Positions 24,918-32,000 of a DNA stretch of 32,000 bases are shown in pieces. Origin of the DNA: an endosymbiont of Escarpia spicata (GTDB taxonomy: Bacteria; Pseudomonadota; Gammaproteobacteria; Chromatiales; Chromatiaceae); contig QFXE01000015.1 of assembly GCA_003349915.1 (NCBI GenBank), forward strand, positions 24,355-56,354. The letters are read 5' to 3'. The notes below the pieces were generated by a model. That model made no database searches and was not told the origin of the DNA. It was given only the letters and a program-made list of their open reading frames with translations. A program made the position numbers and the translations under genes. Each line of letters begins with the position of its first letter. The first letter of the stretch is position 1.

Positions 24918-24979
24918 ATAGAGTCAGTTAGCAAGAATTAACACATTAATTTAGATATAGAATTCGGAGATAGAGAGAC

Positions 24980-26932
24980 ATGGGCAAGATCATAGGAATC
25001 GATCTGGGTACCACCAACTCCTGCGTGGCAGTGATGGAAGGTGATGCCGCAAAGGTGATCGAAAACAGCGAAGGTGATCGTACCACCCCCTCCATCATCG
25101 CCTATGCGAATGATGGTGAGATCCTGGTGGGTCAGTCGGCCAAGCGTCAGGCGGTTACCAACCCCGATAACACCCTGTTTGCCATCAAGCGCCTGATCGG
25201 TCGTATGTTTAAGGACGATGTGGTGCAGCGCGACATGGATATGGTGCCCTACAAGATTGTCAAAGCCGACAATGGCGACGCCTGGGTCGATATCAGTGGC
25301 AAAAAGATGGCCCCGCCGGAGATCGCAGCCAAGATCCTGCAGAAGATGAAGAAGACCGCTGAGGACTACCTCGGTGAAGACGTGACCGAAGCGGTCATCA
25401 CCGTTCCGGCCTACTTCAACGACTCCCAGCGTCAGGCCACCAAAGATGCCGGCCGTATCGCCGGTCTCGACGTCAAGCGCATCATCAACGAGCCCACTGC
25501 TGCGGCCCTGGCCTACGGCATGGACAAGAAGCGCGGCGACCAGACTCTGGCGGTCTATGATCTGGGCGGCGGCACTTTCGATATCTCGATCATCGAAATC
25601 GCCGAGATTGATGGCGAACACCAGTTCGAGGTGCTCTCCACCAACGGTGATACTTTTCTCGGTGGTGAAGACTTCGACATGCGCATCATCGACTTCCTGG
25701 TCGATGAGTTCAAAAAAGATCAGGGCGTCGACCTGCGCAATGACCCCCTGGCCTTGCAGCGCCTGAAAGAGGGTGCGGAGAAGGCCAAGGTGGAACTCTC
25801 CAGCAGCCAGCAGACCGATATCAATCTGCCCTATATCACGGCGGATCAGACCGGTCCCAAGCATCTCAACATCAAGCTGATCCGCGCCAAGCTGGAGTCG
25901 CTGGTGGATGATCTGGTGACTCGCACCATCGACCCCTGCAAGATCGCCCTCAAGGATGCAGGCATCTCCACCTCCGATATCGACGAGGTGATCCTGGTCG
26001 GTGGCCAGAGTCGTATGCCCAAGGTACAGGAGCAGGTACAGGCTTTCTTCGGCAAGGAACCGCGTAAAGACGTCAATCCGGATGAGGCGGTGGCCATCGG
26101 CGCCGCTATCCAGGGTGGTGTATTGGGTGGTGAGGTCAAGGACGTGCTGCTGCTCGACGTAACTCCGCTCTCCCTGGGTATTGAAACCCTGGGTGGCGTG
26201 ATGACCAAACTGATCGACAAGAACACCACCATCCCGACCAGTGCGTCCCAGGTTTTCTCCACTGCCGATGACAATCAGACCGCGGTAACCGTGCATGTAC
26301 TGCAGGGTGAGCGGGAGCAGGCGGGGGCCAATAAATCCCTGGGTCGTTTCGATCTGACCGACATTCCTCCGGCGCCTCGTGGTGTACCGCAGGTCGAGGT
26401 GAGCTTCGATATCGATGCCAACGGCATCCTCAACGTTTCAGCCAAAGACAAGGCGACCGGTAAGGAACAGTCGATTATCATTAAAGCCTCCTCCGGTCTG
26501 AGTGATGATGAGGTTGACCGCATGGTGAAGGACGCCGAGGCGCATGCCGATGAGGATCGTCAGTTCCAGGAGCTGGCAACGGTTCGCAACCAGGCGGACA
26601 ATATGATTCATGCCACCAGAAAATCGATGGAAGAGCTTGGCGAAGACAAGCTGGAAGCCGGTGAGAAGGATACCATCGAAGCGGCGATCAAAGACCTCGA
26701 AGAGGTGATGAAAGGCAACGACAAGGATGCGATCGAGGCGAAGACCAAGGTACTCACCGATGCCTCGTCGAAAATGGCCGAACGTCTCTACGCCCAGCAG
26801 GGTGGTGACGCGGGCGCCGCCGAAGCAGCGGGTGCTGCCGGCGCAGCAGACAACGACGCCGGTGCCCAGGGTGGTGCCGACGACGATGTGGTCGATGCCG
26901 AGTTCGAAGAGGTCAAAGACGACAAAAAATAA
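24980..26932 (+). CDS. dnaK: Molecular chaperone DnaK (Hsp70), 650 aa
   Basis: [21 protein letters not shown]...[13 protein letters not shown]... is the full-length Hsp70 pattern. Confidence 0.99.
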   Translation: MGKIIGIDLGTTNSCVAVMEGDAAKVIENSEGDRTTPSIIAYANDGEILVGQSAKRQAVTNPDNTLFAIKRLIGRMFKDDVVQRDMDMVPYKIVKADNGDAWVDISGKKMAPPEIAAKILQKMKKTAEDYLGEDVTEAVITVPAYFNDSQRQATKDAGRIAGLDVKRIINEPTAAALAYGMDKKRGDQTLAVYDLGGGTFDISIIEIAEIDGEHQFEVLSTNGDTFLGGEDFDMRIIDFLVDEFKKDQGVDLRNDPLALQRLKEGAEKAKVELSSSQQTDINLPYITADQTGPKHLNIKLIRAKLESLVDDLVTRTIDPCKIALKDAGISTSDIDEVILVGGQSRMPKVQEQVQAFFGKEPRKDVNPDEAVAIGAAIQGGVLGGEVKDVLLLDVTPLSLGIETLGGVMTKLIDKNTTIPTSASQVFSTADDNQTAVTVHVLQGEREQAGANKSLGRFDLTDIPPAPRGVPQVEVSFDIDANGILNVSAKDKATGKEQSIIIKASSGLSDDEVDRMVKDAEAHADEDRQFQELATVRNQADNMIHATRKSMEELGEDKLEAGEKDTIEAAIKDLEEVMKGNDKDAIEAKTKVLTDASSKMAERLYAQQGGDAGAAEAAGAAGAADNDAGAQGGADDDVVDAEFEEVKDDKK

Positions 26933-26954
26933 GGCCGGAATGCCTTGCTGAAAC

Positions 26955-26990
26955 ACCGCGCATCGACCCTTCGGTTGGTGCGCGGTTTTG
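26955..26990 (+). terminator. Hairpin terminator/attenuator after dnaK
   Basis: ACCGCGCATCGACC-cttc-GGTTGGTGCGCGGT is followed by TTTTG. The stem is about 14 bp including G-U pairs, and it starts 23 nt after the dnaK stop. Confidence 0.65.
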
Positions 26991-27056
26991 GCATTTATTG
27001 GGGGAACGCTTTGCGTTTCATATATCATATGAGTTTGAAGTTCGGTTCAACAGCGC

Positions 27057-28205
27057 ATGTCTAAACGCGATTACTACGAAGTACTGGGTGTACAAAAGAA
27101 CGCCAGTGAGGCCGAGATAAAGAAGGCCTACCGGCGTCTCGCCATGAAGTACCATCCTGATCGGAATACCGGAGACGAGGCGGGTAAGGCTGAAAAGAGT
27201 TTCAAGGAGGCCAAAGAGGCCTACGAGATTCTCTCCGATGCCCAGAAGCGGGCTGCCTATGACCAGTTTGGACATGCCGGTGTCGATTCCAGCATGGGCG
27301 GCGGCCCAGGAGGATTCGGCGGCGGCAACGCAAATTTCAGTGATATCTTCGGCGACGTGTTCGGCGATATCTTCGGTGGTGCCCGAGGCGGCGGTGGCGG
27401 TTCTCGTGTACAGCGTGGTTCCGATCTGCGCTACAACCTGCAGCTTTCATTGGAAGATGCCGTCTCTGGCACCACCGTGAAGATTCGGGTGCCCACGCTG
27501 GTCAAGTGTGATACCTGTGGTGGCACGGGTGCAAAGAAGGGTTCCAAGCCCAAGATCTGCGATACTTGCGGAGGACAGGGTCAGGTACGTATGCAGCAGG
27601 GATTCTTCTCTGTGCAGCAGACCTGTCCACGCTGTCATGGAAAGGGCTCCGTCATCGATAATCCGTGTACAAGCTGTCATGGTCAGGGTCGGGTGCAGGA
27701 GCACAAGACCCTTTCGGTGAAAGTGCCGCCAGGGGTCGATACCGGTGACCGTATTCGTCTTTCCGGTGAGGGTGAGGCCGGCGAGAATGGCGGTCCTTCA
27801 GGCGACCTCTATGTGCAGGTCGTGGTTAAACCCCACGGAATATTCAAACGGGAGGACAACCACCTCTATTGTGAAGTGCCGATCAGTTTTTCCGTCGCGG
27901 CGCTGGGGGGGGAGCTTGAAGTGCCGACCCTCGGTGGTAAGGTAATGCTCAAGATCCCGGCAGGGACCCAGACCGATCGTATGTTCCGCATGCGCGGCAA
28001 GGGGGTGAAGCCGGTACGTGGCGGTGCGGTGGGTGATCTGCTCTGCAGGGTGCAGGTGGAGACACCGGTAAACCTGACAGATGAGCAGCAAGAGTTGCTG
28101 AGAAAATTTGATGAAACCATGAAAAAAGGTGGCAGTAAGCACAGTCCTCAGTCCAGCACCTGGGTGGATGGTGTAAAGAAGTTTTTTGAAGGAATGGGCT
28201 TTTAG
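27057..28205 (+). CDS. dnaJ: Co-chaperone DnaJ (382 aa)
   Basis: It has a J domain with KYHPDRN, a G/F-rich region and four CxxCxGxG zinc motifs. Confidence 0.99.
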   Translation: MSKRDYYEVLGVQKNASEAEIKKAYRRLAMKYHPDRNTGDEAGKAEKSFKEAKEAYEILSDAQKRAAYDQFGHAGVDSSMGGGPGGFGGGNANFSDIFGDVFGDIFGGARGGGGGSRVQRGSDLRYNLQLSLEDAVSGTTVKIRVPTLVKCDTCGGTGAKKGSKPKICDTCGGQGQVRMQQGFFSVQQTCPRCHGKGSVIDNPCTSCHGQGRVQEHKTLSVKVPPGVDTGDRIRLSGEGEAGENGGPSGDLYVQVVVKPHGIFKREDNHLYCEVPISFSVAALGGELEVPTLGGKVMLKIPAGTQTDRMFRMRGKGVKPVRGGAVGDLLCRVQVETPVNLTDEQQELLRKFDETMKKGGSKHSPQSSTWVDGVKKFFEGMGF

Positions 28206-28257
28206 TTATATAACTGCCATAACGGGCTGATGATCCGCTGGTTAACCGAGCAACTGA

Positions 28258-29073
<816 letters not shown>

Positions 29074-29201
29074 CCCCTTGGACTGGTCGCTTCGCCTGCC
29101 GCTATTTTGGGTACTGATACTGCTGGCAGGATGCAGCGATACCCCCCTACCTGTCACCGGAAGACCAGGTCCGGCAGTTCGTCGCCAGAGGTGAGGTCGC
29201 G

Positions 29202-29552
29202 GTGGAGGGCCGGGACCTGAGCGGTGCAGCAGCACTGATCTCGGAGCAGTATTCTGATGGCAGAAGGCGTACCCGGCATGAGATCAGGCGCCTGCTGGCG
29301 GGTTATTTTCTACGGCACAAATCGATTCATGTCGTCTACCGGATCGACCAGGTGGAGTTGCTTGAGGATGCGCAGGCGCAGGTCGTGCTGTTTGCAGGCA
29401 TTGCCGGTACCGCTCCTGTGGGTAGTGAGGCGCTGAGCCAATGGCGTGGTGAACTGTTGCGCATTGAGCTGCTGGTGGCACTGGAAAATGATGAAGAGTG
29501 GCGTCTCCAGTCGGCCAAGTGGCGCCGGGCGAGCAAAAAAGATCTTTTGTAG
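29202..29552 (+). CDS. Hypothetical protein (116 aa as called); probably the body of a ~158 aa lipoprotein whose signal peptide is in another frame (29078..29146)
   Basis: The ORF-track body starts at GTG 29202, but the frame is open back to 29118 with no earlier start codon. Frame 2 from TTG 29078 encodes MDWSLRLPLFWVLILLAGCSDTP, a signal peptide plus lipobox, and ends at a C6 tract. Confidence 0.5.
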   Translation: MEGRDLSGAAALISEQYSDGRRRTRHEIRRLLAGYFLRHKSIHVVYRIDQVELLEDAQAQVVLFAGIAGTAPVGSEALSQWRGELLRIELLVALENDEEWRLQSAKWRRASKKDLL

Positions 29553-29574
29553 GGTGCGCTGTGCGCACCATGAC
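29547..29574 (+). repeat. REP-like palindromic element, copy 1 (TTGTAGGGTGCGC-tgt-GCGCACCATGAC)
   Basis: It has a perfect 7-bp stem GGTGCGC/GCGCACC with a 3-nt loop. Its TAG is the stop codon of the upstream ORF. It is nearly identical to the copies at 30646..30669 (inverted) and 30679..30704. Confidence 0.75.
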
Positions 29575-29642
29575 TGCTAAGGGGTCGGAGTCAATCTGGC
29601 CCGGTTTATGCTGGTTATCTGTCAGGATTCGTATGACAGGCC

Positions 29643-30629
29643 GTGTTTATGCTTCAGTTACCCGCACTACCCGCCAGCCAGGGAGCCACCACGCTCTCCG
29701 GTGCCTCATCAGGAAAAGGCGGTAATCAGTCAGCTGTATCACCGGACAGCGCGCCGGAAAACCCTTTTGATCAGCAGATGCAGGAGATGATCGACGACCT
29801 CGAAGAGGGGGTAGTCATTGCTCTGCCGCTGATGCCGGGTGTAGAGGGGAGTGACAAACTGACCCCATTTATAGCCACCGGCGGCAACCTGCTGCCGTTC
29901 AATCCCGCTGCAAACGGCAAGACAATGCCGCAAGCTGCTATCCAATTGACAGACACCTCTGGCTTGCAGGCAGCGCTGCCCCCCATCGGTACGGACGCCC
30001 AGGCTGACATGAAAACTGCGTTGATGCTCGGACAACTGGCCCAGGGAGCGGCGAAAGGTGACCTGGCCGGTTTGGGCAGGGTTTCAGAAGGTGTTGCCCT
30101 TGAGGGCAGGACAGTTGGAGAAATTACCGGTGGATTCAGCCTGGCCGGATTCCAGGCAGTGGGTGGCGGCACTGCTGCCCGACCGGGCATGGAGATGCTG
30201 CGGGTCGATGTGCCTGTCAGCCAGCCGGGATGGGATCAGGCCGTAGGAGAACGCATTCAGTGGATGCTCGGCCGCAATATCCAGAGTGCTGAAGTAAAGC
30301 TGACACCACCGAATATGGGGCCGATGGAGATCCGCATCTCCGTGCAAAATGACCAGGCCAGCGTAAGTTTCATCGCTCAGCAACCCCTGACGAGGGAGGC
30401 CCTGGAGGCCGCGATACCCCGTTTGCGTGATATGTTGGGTGAAGCCAATCTGAACCTGGCCAACGTGGACGTGGGGCAGCGTGAGAACCAAGATGCGCAA
30501 CCCGGTGCTGAAGGTCGAGGCAGGGGAGAAAGTGTAGGTATTGGTGGTGAATCCGCGAACTTGCCGGAGTCAGGAGAACCCCAAGCGACAAGGCGGATGT
30601 CGAATGGTCTGGTAGACGATTACGCCTGA
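29643..30629 (+). CDS. FliK-like protein with a C-terminal flagellar hook-length control (Flg_hook) domain, 328 aa (start GTG 29643 or ATG 29649)
   Basis: The C-terminal segment AEVKLTPPNMGPMEIRISVQNDQASVSFIAQQPLTREALEAAIPRLRDMLGEANLNLANVDVGQ matches the FliK C-terminal domain pattern. The N-terminal region is low-complexity, Ala/Gly/Pro-rich. Confidence 0.7.
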   Translation: MFMLQLPALPASQGATTLSGASSGKGGNQSAVSPDSAPENPFDQQMQEMIDDLEEGVVIALPLMPGVEGSDKLTPFIATGGNLLPFNPAANGKTMPQAAIQLTDTSGLQAALPPIGTDAQADMKTALMLGQLAQGAAKGDLAGLGRVSEGVALEGRTVGEITGGFSLAGFQAVGGGTAARPGMEMLRVDVPVSQPGWDQAVGERIQWMLGRNIQSAEVKLTPPNMGPMEIRISVQNDQASVSFIAQQPLTREALEAAIPRLRDMLGEANLNLANVDVGQRENQDAQPGAEGRGRGESVGIGGESANLPESGEPQATRRMSNGLVDDYA

Positions 30630-30645
30630 CGAAATCTTGGAATGT

Positions 30646-30669
30646 CGGTGCGCATGGCGCACCTTACAA
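30646..30669 (-). repeat. REP-like palindromic element, copy 2 (inverted orientation)
   Basis: The reverse complement reads TTGTAAGGTGCGC-cat-GCGCACCG. It sits between convergent fliK-like and wecB. Confidence 0.75.
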
Positions 30670-30678
30670 TCTCGGACA

Positions 30679-30704
30679 GTAGGGTGCAACCCGCGCACCA
30701 TGAC
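30679..30704 (+). repeat. REP-like element, copy 3 (GTAGGGTGC-aaccc-GCGCACCATGAC)
   Basis: It is the same length as the corresponding 26 nt of copy 1 (29549..29574) and identical to them apart from the central 5 nt. Confidence 0.7.
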
Positions 30705-30705
30705 G

Positions 30706-31836
30706 CTATGTGTCCAACAACGATTTGATCGAATCGACCACCCGCCCGGCGGTCTTGCCGTCCCAGAGATCGGGTGCGCTGCCTTTTCCTGATTCGCCTC
30801 GGAGCACTGCGTCGATCTGTCCTTCGATACTCTCCAGGGTGCTGAGCTGGTTGGTGCCCTGGGTGATGGTAATCGGCCGTTCAGTATTGGGGCGAAGGGT
30901 CAGACAGGGGATGCCGAGATAGGTTGTCTCTTCCTGCAGACCGCCGGAGTCAGTGATGGCGATACGGCAGTTGAAGACCAGATTCATGAAACTGATGTAG
31001 TTCTGCGGCCCCAGCAATTTGATGTTGGGATTGTCTGAAATCGATGCCAGCAGCCCGGTGCTCTCCAGATTCTTGCGTGTTCTCGGGTGAACCGGGAAGA
31101 CGATGGTCAGCGCTTTGGCAAGATGGGTCAACATGTCGCAGAGCGACTTCAAGGATGTCGGGTTATCCACATTGGCCGGTCGATGCAGGGTGACGACGGC
31201 ATATTCCCCCTTTTCCAGCCCCAAATCGGTATAAGCCGGGTCAGCTTCGATCTTGTCTCGCATCATCTCCAGTGAATCGATCATGATGTTGCCGACCCGG
31301 ATGATCTTCTCCCTGGCGACGCCTTCATGCAGCAGGTGTTCGTCCCCGTCTGAAGAGGGGGTCCAGAGAATGTCCGCCAGCACATCTGTTGCCAGACGGT
31401 TTACCTCTTCAGGCATGCTGCGGTCGAAAGAGCGCAGACCAGCCTCGAGGTGAGCGACCAGCGGACGATTCAAGCTGCTGGTGTCATCGGGGTCGTAGAC
31501 GACCTTGGTGGCTGCCAGCGTGCAGGCGATGGTTGAGTTGACGTCGCCGACCACCACTACCATGTCTGGTTTGTGTTCCAACACGATCTTCTCATAGGCC
31601 ATCATGACCTTGCCCGTCTGTTCTGCGTGGCTGCCGGTGCCTGCGCCCAAATGGATATGTGGCTCCGGGAGTTGCAGGTCATGAAAAAAGGCATCGGACA
31701 TGTTCAGATCATAGTGCTGGCCCGTATGCACGATTTTCGGATCGGCCCACGACTCTTTGGCGAGTGCGTGGTAGAGCGGCGCGATCTTCATAAAGTTGGG
31801 CCGGGCTGCTGCGATCAGGTGTATGTTCCGTTTCAT
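30706..31836 (-). CDS. wecB: UDP-N-acetylglucosamine 2-epimerase, non-hydrolysing (376 aa)
   Basis: IHLIAAARPNFMKIAPLYHAL...VHTGQHYD...MSDAFF...VVVGDVNSTIACTLAA...HLEAGLRSFDRSMPEEVNR...TDSGGLQEE is the canonical WecB/MnaA pattern. Confidence 0.93.
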   Translation of the reverse strand: MKRNIHLIAAARPNFMKIAPLYHALAKESWADPKIVHTGQHYDLNMSDAFFHDLQLPEPHIHLGAGTGSHAEQTGKVMMAYEKIVLEHKPDMVVVVGDVNSTIACTLAATKVVYDPDDTSSLNRPLVAHLEAGLRSFDRSMPEEVNRLATDVLADILWTPSSDGDEHLLHEGVAREKIIRVGNIMIDSLEMMRDKIEADPAYTDLGLEKGEYAVVTLHRPANVDNPTSLKSLCDMLTHLAKALTIVFPVHPRTRKNLESTGLLASISDNPNIKLLGPQNYISFMNLVFNCRIAITDSGGLQEETTYLGIPCLTLRPNTERPITITQGTNQLSTLESIEGQIDAVLRGESGKGSAPDLWDGKTAGRVVDSIKSLLDT

Positions 31837-32000
31837 TGACTAAAGTCGCTCCGATTATTGTTTCGTCCTGGATCTTTCTTTCGCTGACTATGGGTATGGC
31901 TGCCCGGCAGCAATAAGGAAGACGGTTTATTTTGATGTCTGGGGTCGAGTGGTAATGTTATTTTTTGTAAAGATGAAGTATGGAATACCACTCTGTATCG

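Noticed and set aside
24938-26296. 452 aa minus-strand ORF antisense to dnaK, with further antisense ORFs at 25846..26274, 26275..26523 and 26438..27028
   Set aside because: These are shadow ORFs of dnaK. They carry no motifs, and the opposite strand encodes an unmistakable Hsp70.
31975-32000. ATG at 31975 (MKYGIPLCI...) as the start of a plus-strand gene running off the right edge
   Set aside because: Only about 8 codons are visible, so there is no basis for a call.

Overview
This looks like a gammaproteobacterial chromosome segment. The housekeeping backbone reads wecB, dapB, dnaJ, dnaK, grpE, hrcA, nadK, recN, fur, bamE, rnfH, ratA, smpB, ssrA. From memory this matches the grpE-recN-bamE-ratBA-smpB-ssrA neighbourhood of E. 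coli and the dapB-dnaJ-dnaK-grpE-recN-fur-omlA-smpB neighbourhood of Pseudomonas.

Two accessory blocks interrupt it.

(1) Positions 1 to about 12003 are the ssrA-proximal part of an integrative island inserted at the 3' end of the tmRNA gene. It carries a P4-type tyrosine integrase, AlpA and an AEP/RepB-like primase that runs off the left edge. Its cargo is one tightly coupled five-gene plus-strand defence operon: type I R-M hsdR-hsdM-hsdS followed by an ABC/AAA ATPase and an HNH-like protein (Septu PtuA/PtuB-like).

(2) Positions 16263..20179 hold a five-gene minus-strand cluster wedged between recN and fur. It encodes a receiver-like 445 aa protein, a CvnD/COG2229-type small GTPase, a 217 aa protein with a Roadblock-like C-terminal half, a canonical Roadblock/LC7 protein and a 179 aa unknown. 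This conservon/MglAB-like signalling module has no kinase and no obvious output. It is my best candidate for an undescribed system.

Smaller observations:
- a near-perfect CIRCE operator before hrcA, plus sigma32-type promoters before grpE and dnaK
- a lipoprotein gene split at a C6 tract
- REP-like palindromes bracketing a stand-alone FliK-like gene
- a C8/G8 inverted homopolymer pair bracketing alpA
- internal direct repeats and AT-rich target-recognition domains in hsdS
- a possible frame anomaly and degenerate zinc knuckles in the HNH gene

I saw no rRNA, tRNA, CRISPR array or IS transposase. All homology statements come from reading the translations by eye. No database search was run.
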